Of a stretch of 64,000 bases of DNA, positions 10,089 through 19,756 are shown one piece after another (the first letter of the stretch is position 1; each line of letters begins with the position of its first letter). This DNA is from an uncultured Candidatus Saccharibacteria bacterium. GTDB taxonomy: Bacteria > Patescibacteriota > CALEFQ01 > G965231055. Location of the stretch: assembly GCA_965231055.1 (NCBI GenBank), contig OZ246411.1, positions 180,711 through 244,710 of the forward strand. The letters are read 5' to 3'. The position numbers were made by a program, and so were the translations under genes. The notes below the pieces were generated by a model, which saw only the letters and a list, made by a program, of their open reading frames with translations, searched no databases and was not told the DNA's origin.

Positions 10089-11606
10089 TTATTTAGAAAT
10101 CTTTTCCTGAAGAATTCCAGTTGTGTCATATTCGACAGCTAAATCAAATTCATTTTTAGCTTTATTCGTGTCCCCATTTATTTTGTAAACACTTCCCAAA
10201 ACATAATGCGCCAAAGCTTCCGAGTTATTTAATCCAATTGACTCGGTGGCGTTTGCTTCTGCTTCTTCATATTTAGCCGAAACAAGATTTGCTAGCGCCC
10301 TTATGGCCAAAACATATGCGCTTTTGGGATTGGACTCATAAACATAATTTGCAACTTTCTGAATGCGATCAAAATCCTCTATCTCGCCAAGTATCCAAAT
10401 GAGTTTTTCAGCAATAGCGGGATCATATTTTGAGAGTTTCAATCCTACTTCTAGGTTATCAGCTATTTCCAGTTCTTTATCATCAAGTTCCTGCATCACC
10501 TCTGCCATTTCCAATCTCAAATCAGCAGAATCATAATAAAAAGCTATTGCTTTTGATAAACTATTTTTGGCACCCTGGTAATCTCCTTTTTTGTGCAGGT
10601 TTTTTGCTTCTAGATAAAAAGTAAATCCATAAACTGTATCCAGCTCCTTAGCTTTTGAAACAAGCTCGAGGGATTTATCAAAATTGTTCTGAATGTATTC
10701 GGCATATGCAGTAACCAAATATGCATCTCTATAATTCTCTACGGACTCCATCGCGGAATACGCTTCTGCTTTCGCAAGCGCCCATTCTTCTAGTTCAATA
10801 TAAAGCCAAGCTATTTGAACGGATCTATGTGCCCTAACCTCCTTTGAATCATCGGAATTTGGTTTTGCCATTTTATCAATTAATTCATAGGCACTTTTAG
10901 CTTGTTCTTTTTTTGGTCCGTTCAATAAAGATGCTTCTTTTAGCCTCTCCTTTGCAGATTCCAGATTTTCACCGAGCCTGAGATGTATTAGTCCCAAATA
11001 GTATTTTGGTAACTGTAAATTGTTATCACTACCTTGAGCCGCAGAAAGTTTTGATTTTATTTCTTGGGTGGAGAAATCAAGCCCCATCATGCTCCTAGCT
11101 TCTCCAACCAGCGCAGTGGGATTGTTTTCTTCAGCTTTGAGTGCTTTTTCAAAAACCTTTTTAGCTTCTGTGTAGTTTTTTTCCGAAAGCAAAATTTCTC
11201 CTAGTTTTAGGTATGCCTCAACTTTTTTTGATTTGAATTTTGTCGCATCAGTTAATATTTGCCTCGCTTCTTCGGTTTTATTTTTGGATAAATAGATTTC
11301 TGACTTCATAAGCATCGCTTCGTAAGCCGAAATACCATCGAGCTCCTTCAACGCTATTGCATAATCATAATTATATATCGCTTTTGAATACATTTTTTTC
11401 TCGTAAAACTCATTGCCCTTCTCAGTATAAGATAGCGCTATAGAATCAAACCACCCTGAATATTTCAAAACCAAAAAACCTGCAATTATAACAATAATTA
11501 TTATTGCAATGAAAATTACTGCCTTGAGAAGTTTTTTTTCTTTGGATATCTTCTCTACTGGCAAGCTCTTTGGTTTTGATTTTAGTTTTTGTTTTATATC
11601 TAGCAT
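10089..11606 (-). CDS. Membrane-anchored tetratricopeptide-repeat protein
   Basis: N-terminal TM (IFIAIIIIVIIAGFLVL) followed by many TPR-like A/Y/L-rich repeats. Confidence 0.65.
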   Translation of the reverse strand: MLDIKQKLKSKPKSLPVEKISKEKKLLKAVIFIAIIIIVIIAGFLVLKYSGWFDSIALSYTEKGNEFYEKKMYSKAIYNYDYAIALKELDGISAYEAMLMKSEIYLSKNKTEEARQILTDATKFKSKKVEAYLKLGEILLSEKNYTEAKKVFEKALKAEENNPTALVGEARSMMGLDFSTQEIKSKLSAAQGSDNNLQLPKYYLGLIHLRLGENLESAKERLKEASLLNGPKKEQAKSAYELIDKMAKPNSDDSKEVRAHRSVQIAWLYIELEEWALAKAEAYSAMESVENYRDAYLVTAYAEYIQNNFDKSLELVSKAKELDTVYGFTFYLEAKNLHKKGDYQGAKNSLSKAIAFYYDSADLRLEMAEVMQELDDKELEIADNLEVGLKLSKYDPAIAEKLIWILGEIEDFDRIQKVANYVYESNPKSAYVLAIRALANLVSAKYEEAEANATESIGLNNSEALAHYVLGSVYKINGDTNKAKNEFDLAVEYDTTGILQEKISK

Positions 11607-11621
11607 GGATTTGTTAAAATT

Positions 11622-13799
11622 TTATTTCGGCCACTTCGCTATCATGACAAATTCCTCAAGCTCATAAATCTTACGAAGTTCTTGCCAAACTGCTTCGGTT
11701 ACAAACGGAACGAATGGATGAAGCATTTGCATGCTTTCTTTCAATATTTTTATCAAGATTTTTTTGGTGTTTTCTTTGATTTTTTCATTTTCCAGTTGTG
11801 ATTTGGAAGTTTCTATATATTTATCACAAAAATCATGCCAGAAATAATCATACATAGCCTCCCCCGCCAAAGAAAATCTCATTTTTTCTATTTTTTCCGT
11901 AACTTCTTTTTTGATATTCTCGTGTTTATTTAGAATGTATTTATCTTCTGTAGTCAAAAGCTCCTCGTCTATATCCAAATTCATTATTTTTTCATTTCCT
12001 ATTTCTCCCGACTTGAGGTCTCCATTGGTAACTCTAAGCAAAACAAATCTAGAAGCATTCCAGATCTTGTTTGCAAAATTTCTATAGCCTTTTACTTTAT
12101 TTTCTCCTAGACAAATATCTTGACCGGGACCATTTCCCACTACCAAAGACATACGAAGCGCATCTGTTCCGTATTTAGGAATCAGGTCTAGTGGATCTAG
12201 AGCATTGCCAAGTGATTTACTTAGCTTGCGATTCTTTTCATCTCTCACGAGTCCGTGCAAATACACAGTCTCGAACGGAGCTTTGCCGGTAAACTCTAGC
12301 CCAAACATAATCATCCTAGCCACCCAGAAAAATAGAATATCATACCCTGTTTCAAGCACAGTTGCTGGATAGAAATAATTGAAATCCTTGGTTTTCTCTG
12401 GCCATCCGAGTGTGGAAAAAGGCCACAGCGCAGATGAAAACCAGGTATCCAAAACATCTTCATCTTGGACCCAGCCCTCTTCACTAGGCGCTTCTTCTCC
12501 AACATGGATCTCATCATTTTTATACCAGACCGGAATTCGATGACCCCACCAAAGCTGACGCGAGATACACCAATCCCTAATATTATCCATCCACTGGTAA
12601 TAAGTTTTTTCAAATCTCACAGGTAAAATCTTTACATCACCAGATTCAACTGCCTTTTTGGCTTTTTCAGCTAAAGGTTTCATTTTCACAAACCATTGCA
12701 AAGAAGGTAGTGGCTCTATAGCTCTGTGACATCTATAGCAAGTGCTGAGATTGTTATCATAGTCTTCTTCCTTTTCCATCAATCCTTGCGCCTTCAGGGC
12801 TTCAACCAATTTCTTTCTAGCTTCCTCTGCTTTGAGTCCCGCGTACTTCCCTGTTTCTTTTGTCATCTTTCCACTTTCATCTATAACTTTTATAATATCA
12901 AGTTTATTTTGCTCCCCCATTTTCCAGTCCACCACAGAATGAGCTGGGGTGACCCCGAGAGCCCCAGTTCCAAATTCTTTATCAATAGATCTATCAGCAA
13001 AAACTTTGATTTTTCTTTTTACACCATCAATTTCTACATCAAATTCCTTGCCCACATATTTGGCATAGCGTTTGTCATCTGGATTTACCGCTACTCCACT
13101 ATCTCCAAGCTTGGTCTCTGGTCTAGTGGTTGCTATAGTAATAGGAAAATTTTTATCATAGCGAAAATAATAAAGCTTCGCTTTTTGCTGTTCATATTCT
13201 ACTTCATCATCAGAAATAGCTGTGTAGCATTTGGGACACCAGTTGACTATGTATTCTCCTCTATATATCAGTCCTTTATTATAAAGCTCTACAAATGCTT
13301 TTCTAACTGCTTTGCTCATTCCATCATCAAGAGTAAATCTAGATCTAGTCCAATCGCATGAAGCTCCCATTCTCTTGGTTTGATCCAAAATAATTCCTCC
13401 GAATTTTTCTTTCCATTTCAAAACCTCTTCGATAAATTTCTCTCTCCCTAGTTCTCTTCTACTACTTCCTCTTTTGCGTAGGTCCTTTTCTACCACAGCC
13501 TGAGTGGCGATACCCGCATGATCCATACCAGGAATCCAGAGCGTAGGTGCACCTTTCATTCTATGATATCTAATCATAATATCTTCAACGGTCAGAAAAA
13601 GAGAATGTCCTATGTGAAGTTTGCCGGTGATATTTGGCGGAGGAATAGGTATTACAAACGGTTTTCCTTCTGTTTTTCTGTCATAAGCAGGATTCTTTGG
13701 CATATTTTTTTCAGGACCAAAATATCCTGATTTTTCCCAATCAGAGTAGATCTTCTTTTCAAAGTTTTCATGGTTATATGATTTGTCTATGGAGCTCAT
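11622..13799 (-). CDS. valS: Valine--tRNA ligase (short form)
   Basis: PPPNITGKLHIGHSLFLTVEDIMIRYHRMKG (ValRS-type HIGH region) and KLSKSLGN (KMSKS). The likely start is MSSIDKSYN at 13799 rather than the track's 13877. Confidence 0.8.
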   Translation of the reverse strand: MSSIDKSYNHENFEKKIYSDWEKSGYFGPEKNMPKNPAYDRKTEGKPFVIPIPPPNITGKLHIGHSLFLTVEDIMIRYHRMKGAPTLWIPGMDHAGIATQAVVEKDLRKRGSSRRELGREKFIEEVLKWKEKFGGIILDQTKRMGASCDWTRSRFTLDDGMSKAVRKAFVELYNKGLIYRGEYIVNWCPKCYTAISDDEVEYEQQKAKLYYFRYDKNFPITIATTRPETKLGDSGVAVNPDDKRYAKYVGKEFDVEIDGVKRKIKVFADRSIDKEFGTGALGVTPAHSVVDWKMGEQNKLDIIKVIDESGKMTKETGKYAGLKAEEARKKLVEALKAQGLMEKEEDYDNNLSTCYRCHRAIEPLPSLQWFVKMKPLAEKAKKAVESGDVKILPVRFEKTYYQWMDNIRDWCISRQLWWGHRIPVWYKNDEIHVGEEAPSEEGWVQDEDVLDTWFSSALWPFSTLGWPEKTKDFNYFYPATVLETGYDILFFWVARMIMFGLEFTGKAPFETVYLHGLVRDEKNRKLSKSLGNALDPLDLIPKYGTDALRMSLVVGNGPGQDICLGENKVKGYRNFANKIWNASRFVLLRVTNGDLKSGEIGNEKIMNLDIDEELLTTEDKYILNKHENIKKEVTEKIEKMRFSLAGEAMYDYFWHDFCDKYIETSKSQLENEKIKENTKKILIKILKESMQMLHPFVPFVTEAVWQELRKIYELEEFVMIAKWPK

Positions 13800-13974
13800 A
13801 TTGTAAAAAATAAATTGATTGGCTTCGAACAGAACCGGATATAAACAAAATTCAACTCGTTTATTAATATACCACAACTCAACATAAAATCCACTTTATT
13901 TTAAATAACTAGCGTGCTAGACTAAAACCATAGATTATGCTCTTTCACAACTCACAAGCAGGGAGGATAAACCA

Positions 13975-14571
13975 ATGAAAAGGGAAATAAGATTCGAGAC
14001 TAGATACGATAAAAAAACGGATGCTCTGTGTGGTTGCTTCGTAGACGAGAATGAACAAATACTGATAAAATCGCTCTCAAAAGAAGGATCTATTCTGATG
14101 GCAAACTCATTGTTTCCACAAAACTTTTCGTTTTTCCCAATTATCAGAAAATCAACACTCGGAAAGGGAATAAAATATGAGGACCTACTTTCTTGGATCA
14201 AATTCTTGGCAAGCGATACGAGCAAGTACAATGACCTGGATATGCTAACCGAAAGAGTTATGGAAACACTAAAACCAATGCCATCTAAAAATGAGTTTGA
14301 ACACGCGGTATTCATACGCACAGAAGAAGACGACTATATAGTACATTCAAGCTTTATGTGTAAAATCATTCTGGATTTTTTGCAAAGAACGGCTGAGAAA
14401 TATTACAAAAAAATCATCGAACACGACACACTTAACGAAATACTCCTGCTTCCAGAAAAACTTCGAGAAAACGACGTACACACGCTAATCGCACGCGCCA
14501 TAGATGAAATTATAGACGAAAGATGCCAGCCAAAGAACACACTACTACAAGTCCAGATATCAAAAAACTAA
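13975..14571 (+). CDS. Hypothetical protein
   Basis: 198-aa ORF with no recognisable motifs. A hairpin at about 14592-14625 follows it. Confidence 0.45.
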   Translation: MKREIRFETRYDKKTDALCGCFVDENEQILIKSLSKEGSILMANSLFPQNFSFFPIIRKSTLGKGIKYEDLLSWIKFLASDTSKYNDLDMLTERVMETLKPMPSKNEFEHAVFIRTEEDDYIVHSSFMCKIILDFLQRTAEKYYKKIIEHDTLNEILLLPEKLRENDVHTLIARAIDEIIDERCQPKNTLLQVQISKN

Positions 14572-14684
14572 AAATCAAATTACGCTCTTTTAAATGCCAC
14601 CAATATTGGGGGCATTTTCATTTGACTTAAAAACAGAAACATAATAGCTTACAATCAAACGTTCGTTTCAAAAAGGAGGCATAC

Positions 14685-15098
14685 ATGGCAAAAAAGATGG
14701 CAAAAGAGATTACTGGCTTTGTGAGTTGCACATGTGGAACCGGCTATTTCACAAACCGGCAAAATCGAAGAATGTCACCGAATTTTCGATGCAAAAAAGT
14801 GGCCGCGAAAATGATTGAGTTTATGGGAAAAAATGGTTCTATTTTTTACCAAACAATTTTTCCAAAAATTGACTCATCCACACTCTCAAACAAAGCTTCG
14901 ATTTACGACATCTTGTCAATTTGGAAACTCGCCACCGATTTGAAAATCTATGATCCGTGGCCAATAATCTTTGAAGCAATTGGCGAAGAAACAGTTAAAG
15001 AAATTTGCTTCAAATTTTTCACAAACCACAGGGAATTATTTGATTTTCCGAATCTTCTGAGTTCGATAATTGAAAAGCTTGATTCTAATTGCCATTAA
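14685..15098 (+). CDS. Hypothetical protein with an N-terminal Cys-rich segment (possible zinc ribbon)
   Basis: 137 aa with CTCGTG...RCKK. An RBS AAAAAGGAGG precedes the ATG. Confidence 0.45.
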   Translation: MAKKMAKEITGFVSCTCGTGYFTNRQNRRMSPNFRCKKVAAKMIEFMGKNGSIFYQTIFPKIDSSTLSNKASIYDILSIWKLATDLKIYDPWPIIFEAIGEETVKEICFKFFTNHRELFDFPNLLSSIIEKLDSNCH

Positions 15099-15104
15099 TA
15101 AATA

Positions 15105-15141
15105 ATCCCGCCAAGACTAAGTCAGGGCGGGATTTAATTTT
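15105..15141. terminator. Bidirectional rho-independent terminator (14685 gene on +, tsaD on -)
   Basis: ATCCCGCC-aagactaagtca-GGGCGGGAT flanked by A/T runs. Confidence 0.65.
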
Positions 15142-15178
15142 GCAACGATATTTTATTCTAGAAAGAAAAAATCAAAAC

Positions 15179-16171
15179 TTACTCATGTAAAAGTGCTGAC
15201 GAAGCAATCATCGCAGCATTGTCGGTGCAGTATTCAAATTTAGGAGTAAAAAATTGCATGTTATTTTTTATTACTTCTTTTTGCATCGTTTCCCTGAGTT
15301 TTTTATTTGCAGAAACTCCCCCAGCAATAATTACGGATTTAGCACTGTATTTTTTGGCAGCTTTTACGGTTTTAAAAACCAAAGTATCTACGATTGATTG
15401 TTCTACAGAAGCGGCAAAATCATTTTTGTGTTTTTCTACAAACTCTTTTCCCCTAAGCTCAATTTCTCTCACAATAGAAGTTTTGAGTCCAGAAAAACTA
15501 AAATCAAAATCATCTGAATCTATTTTGGGCCTTGGAAATGAGACTAACCTTGGATTTCCTTTTTCACTAGCTTTTGAAATAGCTGGTCCTCCCGGATATC
15601 CGAGATCCAAAAGTCTTGCCGCCTTATCAAAAGCTTCTCCAGCCGCATCATCAAGTGTATTCCCCAGCTGCTCTTCCTTACCAAAATCATTGATAAGCCA
15701 AATCCCCGTATGTCCACCGGAAACTACCAATGCAATAACTGGAAATTTGGGAGTTTTAAAATTCTCATCATCTTTATCAAAAATCCAGTTGGCGTATATG
15801 TGCCCCATTATATGATTGACCTTTATAAGGGGCTTTTTTAATGCTTGTGCCAAGGCCTGTGAAGATGATCTTCCAACTAGTAAAGAAGGCATGAGCCCAG
15901 GTTCCCACGTTACAGCTATCCCATCAATTTGTTCTAGTGTGATATCGGCCTTGCTTAGCGCCTCGTCTATTACAGGAATCATACTTTCAACATGAGCTCT
16001 TGCTGCAACTTCGGGAACCACTCCCCCATATTTTTTATGAATATCTATTTGAGAAGCTACAACTGAAGAAATTATTTCCACGCATTTTTGTCCATCAAAA
16101 ATATATGGCTTTGCAATAGCCACCGCTGTTTCATCACAAGATGTTTCTATAGAAATAATCATTATTGTCAT
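15179..16171 (-). CDS. tsaD: tRNA N6-adenosine threonylcarbamoyltransferase TsaD (Kae1/YgjD)
   Basis: MIISIETSCDETAVAI, VSGGHT and GGVSANKKLR motifs. Confidence 0.85.
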   Translation of the reverse strand: MTIMIISIETSCDETAVAIAKPYIFDGQKCVEIISSVVASQIDIHKKYGGVVPEVAARAHVESMIPVIDEALSKADITLEQIDGIAVTWEPGLMPSLLVGRSSSQALAQALKKPLIKVNHIMGHIYANWIFDKDDENFKTPKFPVIALVVSGGHTGIWLINDFGKEEQLGNTLDDAAGEAFDKAARLLDLGYPGGPAISKASEKGNPRLVSFPRPKIDSDDFDFSFSGLKTSIVREIELRGKEFVEKHKNDFAASVEQSIVDTLVFKTVKAAKKYSAKSVIIAGGVSANKKLRETMQKEVIKNNMQFFTPKFEYCTDNAAMIASSALLHE

Positions 16172-16192
16172 TGCAATTAAAACCTAATCCTT

Positions 16193-16891
16193 CTAAAACC
16201 TGTCCCCTCGTATCGTATTTGCTTGTTTCAATACCACTGCCATGTGTCTTTCTGCATCAAGAAATGGAACTGTGATTTTTTCCACTTGTTCTATTATTCC
16301 ACCGAGTCTTGAAATATTATTTTTTGCCTCCTCAATTTCCTCAAAACTCAACCTACCTTTATATGCATAAAACTTTCCTTCAATTTTTACAAAAGGCAAG
16401 GCAAGCTCGCATAGTTTTTCCAAAGAAGCCACCGCGCGCGCAACTACAACATCAAATTTTTCAAAATATTTATCATCTTTTACAGCGTCCTCTGCTCTTA
16501 TCCAAACTGTTTCAAAATTTATTAGTCCAAGTTTTTTACATACATCCTCTACAAACCTCACTGCCTTTGATTTTGAATCAAGGAGAGTGATTTGTATTTC
16601 AGGAAAAGCTATTTTGATAGGAATCAATGGCAAACCAGCGCCAGTTCCTATATCTATCCACTTACCAGAAGGCAATCCTGAGACTTTTACGATGCTTAGC
16701 GAGTCCAAAAAGTGCTTTACTACTATCTCTTCATCGCTAACTAGATTTGTAAGGTTTATACGCTCAGATATTTCTTGAATCAATTCTTTGTATTTCAAAA
16801 AAAGCCCCAACTGTTCATCGGATAGTTCTATGCCGAGCTCCTTGGCTCCTTCTTTTAGTGTTTTTTTGAAATTAAATTTAGGCATTTTCAA
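16193..16891 (-). CDS. rsmG: 16S rRNA m7G527 methyltransferase RsmG (GidB)
   Basis: KHFLDSLS and the SAM motif IDIGTGAGLP. Confidence 0.8.
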   Translation of the reverse strand: MKMPKFNFKKTLKEGAKELGIELSDEQLGLFLKYKELIQEISERINLTNLVSDEEIVVKHFLDSLSIVKVSGLPSGKWIDIGTGAGLPLIPIKIAFPEIQITLLDSKSKAVRFVEDVCKKLGLINFETVWIRAEDAVKDDKYFEKFDVVVARAVASLEKLCELALPFVKIEGKFYAYKGRLSFEEIEEAKNNISRLGGIIEQVEKITVPFLDAERHMAVVLKQANTIRGDRF

Positions 16892-17870
16892 ATACTTGTT
16901 TAAATTCTTCGGGTGTAGGAGATTTTATATGAACCACTTTGTCTTTCTTGTCCTCTCTAAAGTGCTGAAATTTTATTTCTTGGGAATGAAGTAGCATTCG
17001 CTTCACACCAAATTTGGTTTCAAACTCTCTATTCAAACCAAAATCACCATATTTTTTATCACCTACTATGTACATTTTCCTATTTGCAAGTTGCTTTCTG
17101 ATCTGATGCATTCTTCCAGTCAAAAGATTGATTTCAGCAAGACCATAAACTATGCTTCCAGTTCTTCGCATAGTTCTCACCTTGAAAAGACTTTCAGCGT
17201 GAAGCATTTTTCCAGTTTCCTTGTCCTCCATTTCATCCAAAAGCGTAGTCCACTTTTTGTATTCAGGAGTAATATTTCCCGCGACTACTGCAATGTATTT
17301 TTTGTCTATCTCTCTGTTTTCAAAAATCTTGCCCATAGCCACTGCGGTTTTTTCATTTTTCGCTATCACCACCAAACCAGATGTTTCAAAATCAATTCTA
17401 TTTACAAGTGCCGGTACCCTAGACTCATGAGCTATTCCCATATTTGCTTTTACTCTTCCTATCAAATTATCGCTTTGGTGTTTTGATCCACCATGCGAAG
17501 CGAGTCCTGCTGGCTTGTTTACAATCATCAAGTCTTCATCCTCAAATATCATTTCTACTTCACCTTTTTTGAGTTTGAAATTTTTGGGAGCCACTTTTCT
17601 TGATTGAAAATCTTTTGGAAGAAAAACCAAAACCACATCTAGCTTCTTCAGCATTTCCTCTCCCTTGGCTTTTTGCTTTTTTCCATCTCTTTCTATTTTA
17701 ACTTCTCCCTTGCGAAGCAATTTAAAAACCATGGCCTTGCTCACACCCTCCAGATTTTTGAGCAAGAATTTGGTTATTCTCTGCCCCTCATTTGTATAAT
17801 CTATTGTAAATCTTGTCATTTGAGTATTATTTTTATTATAAAACGTGTAAACAGACACAAAATCAGACAT
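16878..17870 (-). CDS. RluA-family 23S rRNA pseudouridine synthase (RluD/RluC-like) with an N-terminal S4 domain
   Basis: HRIDFETSGLVVIAKNE (HRLD...TSG) and GRMHQIRKQLA motifs. Overlaps rsmG by 14 nt. Confidence 0.75.
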   Translation of the reverse strand: MSDFVSVYTFYNKNNTQMTRFTIDYTNEGQRITKFLLKNLEGVSKAMVFKLLRKGEVKIERDGKKQKAKGEEMLKKLDVVLVFLPKDFQSRKVAPKNFKLKKGEVEMIFEDEDLMIVNKPAGLASHGGSKHQSDNLIGRVKANMGIAHESRVPALVNRIDFETSGLVVIAKNEKTAVAMGKIFENREIDKKYIAVVAGNITPEYKKWTTLLDEMEDKETGKMLHAESLFKVRTMRRTGSIVYGLAEINLLTGRMHQIRKQLANRKMYIVGDKKYGDFGLNREFETKFGVKRMLLHSQEIKFQHFREDKKDKVVHIKSPTPEEFKQVFENA

Positions 17871-17953
17871 TGGACAATAACCTACCTAATACTTCTAATG
17901 CCTCTAGACCTTCTCGTCAAGTATAGCAGAGATAGAATAAAACAGATATAATA

Positions 17954-17982
17954 TTGACTAATAAGCCCTATCCTGATAATCT
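17954..17982 (+). promoter_or_regulatory. Putative sigma70-like promoter for tRNA-Glu
   Basis: TTGACT-17 nt-TAATCT, about 45 nt upstream of the tRNA 5' end. Confidence 0.4.
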
Positions 17983-18026
17983 TTGTCACTGTATCGAGAA
18001 GTATTCATTTTCGATCACACAAATAC

Positions 18027-18104
18027 GGCGCCATCGTCTAGCCTGGCCTAGGACGCTAGGTTTTCATCCTAGTAACTCGGGTTCGAATCCCGATGGCGCT
18101 GCCA
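18027..18104 (+). tRNA. tRNA-Glu (anticodon TTC), with encoded CCA
   Basis: Hand-folded cloverleaf. Acceptor GGCGCCA/TGGCGCT, D-stem GTCT/GGAC, anticodon stem CTAGG/CCTAG with loop TTTTCAT (U33, TTC, A37), T-arm TCGGG-TTCGAAT-CCCGA, discriminator G, CCA. Confidence 0.8.
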
Positions 18105-18245
18105 AATTTTTTTGTGGATAAAATAAGCTGAAAACTAAGGTAAAACCCCCGAGAGGGGGATTTTTTGTGCTTGTTTGAGAGAAAAAACCGGTCAAGGAAA
18201 ATTGTTTCTCATGGGAAGCAGTTTTTCTACGTTATGACATGTCTT
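18105..18245 (+). repeat. Repeat R1 immediately 3' of the tRNA; contains an intrinsic terminator (18142-18167)
   Basis: AAATTTTTTTGTGGATAAAATAAGCTGAAAACTAAGGTAAAACCCCCGAGAGGGGGATTTTTTGTGCTTGTTTGAG...GGTCAAGG... is repeated at 20543-20690 with about 85% identity. Confidence 0.7.
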
Positions 18246-18371
18246 GGTGAATCAAGCAATATTCATGTGGGACGTTTGAACCCTTTGCGTATGTAATGAT
18301 CGCTTTATGGTTTGCATTGCTTGCCCGAAAGCCATTTCGTGCTATGATTTATCTATATTAAGAAAAGAACG

Positions 18372-19151
18372 ATGAACAATTACGAATTTCTAAAAGCATA
18401 TCAAAAACTCCAGGAAGGAATAATGTTTGAAAAAATAGTCGATCTCAAGTTTGCATCTTTAGTATTTTGCAAAGGCGACAAAACCATGTATTGGAATTGG
18501 GCTCTGGTCAATAGTGTTATTCAGCGAGAAGAAATTAATACGATTGAAAAGGAAATGGAGAAAATACAAAGAAATCCCGTGATCTATTTTGAGAGCAGGC
18601 CCGATATGAATATGTTGATGAATGAGCTTGTGGATCGTGGATATAAGAAAGCCTACGCTGACTCGTGGATGTTTTATTCGAATGATAAACCAGTCGAGAC
18701 TAAGCCATATAGGGCAAAGAAGGTTGAAAATAAAAACTCTCTGCAAGAGTTTCTCCACACATTTAATATGTGCTATCAAAAGGACGACCCGCAAAATCCA
18801 TACGGAGAGCTGGGTGATTATATAAAGCAGTCGGAGATAGCTTGGCACGAACATGACGGCAAAGGAAGAATGGAATATTATATAGCTTACGATAATAAGG
18901 ATTTTCCAGTAGCAGTTGCGACCCTGATTTGCCATGGTGGAATCGGATACATAGCTAATGTTGGATCTTTGAAAAGCGTTAGAGGTAAGGGTTTCGGGAA
19001 ATTCATTACATTGCATTGCGTTAAAGAATCAAAAAAGGCAGGAAATATAATTCACTGTCTTGCCACGGAGGACGGAACCTATCCTAACGAGTTTTATAAA
19101 CGAATAGGTTTCCAGACAAAATTTATTGGAATCGCATACAAAAAATCATGA
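18372..19151 (+). CDS. GNAT-family N-acetyltransferase
   Basis: C-terminal acetyl-CoA motif VRGKGFGKFITLHCVKESKKAG...YKRIGFQ. Confidence 0.6.
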   Translation: MNNYEFLKAYQKLQEGIMFEKIVDLKFASLVFCKGDKTMYWNWALVNSVIQREEINTIEKEMEKIQRNPVIYFESRPDMNMLMNELVDRGYKKAYADSWMFYSNDKPVETKPYRAKKVENKNSLQEFLHTFNMCYQKDDPQNPYGELGDYIKQSEIAWHEHDGKGRMEYYIAYDNKDFPVAVATLICHGGIGYIANVGSLKSVRGKGFGKFITLHCVKESKKAGNIIHCLATEDGTYPNEFYKRIGFQTKFIGIAYKKS

Positions 19152-19173
19152 GGCCACGCCTCAGTATATAAAT

Positions 19174-19226
19174 CTCTTCCTGAAAACAACTCAGATCGTA
19201 CAGACCAACTAGTATACCATTATGAT
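19174..19226 (+). repeat. Partial copy of the island repeat X core (CAGATyGTAmAG...CTAG...TATTATA)
   Basis: Similar to 20390-20430 and 22484-22530; each copy lies just 3' of a stop codon. Confidence 0.45.
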
Positions 19227-19244
19227 TTTTATAATTAGTGATAT

Positions 19245-19739
19245 ATGAAATACTCGAGAAGAAAACTAAATGAAAAAGAATATATAAAAATCGCTAAGAA
19301 AGAATGTTTTATTTGCAACATTGTTAATAATGGAAATTTAAGAAAAGAGCACGCCATCGTTTACGAAGATGCTGACAATATTGTTTTTCTAAATAAATAT
19401 CCAACACAAATAGGTTATGTCCTAGTGTGTCCCAAGCAACACAAAGTTGATATTTTCAGAGATTTGAAAAAACAAGAATACGCAAAACTAATGGAGCTTG
19501 CAAGAAAAACCGGAAAGGCAATTCAACAAATAACAGACGCGGAAAGGATGTATATAGCATCGTGGGGTTCGCGACAACTAAATGAGCACATCCATTTGCA
19601 CATTTGCCCTTGCCCAAAAGGATTGCCATTTAAAAAACAGCAAATAAATGCAATGGAAATGAAGCAAGCTGGGATAATAATCATTAGCGCAAATGAAAAA
19701 GAAAAGCTCAAAGAAAAAATTCAGAAACACATAATCTAA
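19245..19739 (+). CDS. HIT-family (histidine triad) nucleotide hydrolase/transferase
   Basis: Histidine triad EHIHLHICP and N-terminal CFIC zinc-binding residues. Confidence 0.6.
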   Translation: MKYSRRKLNEKEYIKIAKKECFICNIVNNGNLRKEHAIVYEDADNIVFLNKYPTQIGYVLVCPKQHKVDIFRDLKKQEYAKLMELARKTGKAIQQITDAERMYIASWGSRQLNEHIHLHICPCPKGLPFKKQQINAMEMKQAGIIIISANEKEKLKEKIQKHII

Positions 19740-19756
19740 AAATTAATTTCCAGAAG

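Noticed and set aside
12311-13730. Several 70-211-aa ORFs on both strands inside valS.
   Set aside because: Nested within or antisense to the ValRS frame; hydrophobic, low-complexity translations typical of AT-rich antisense frames.
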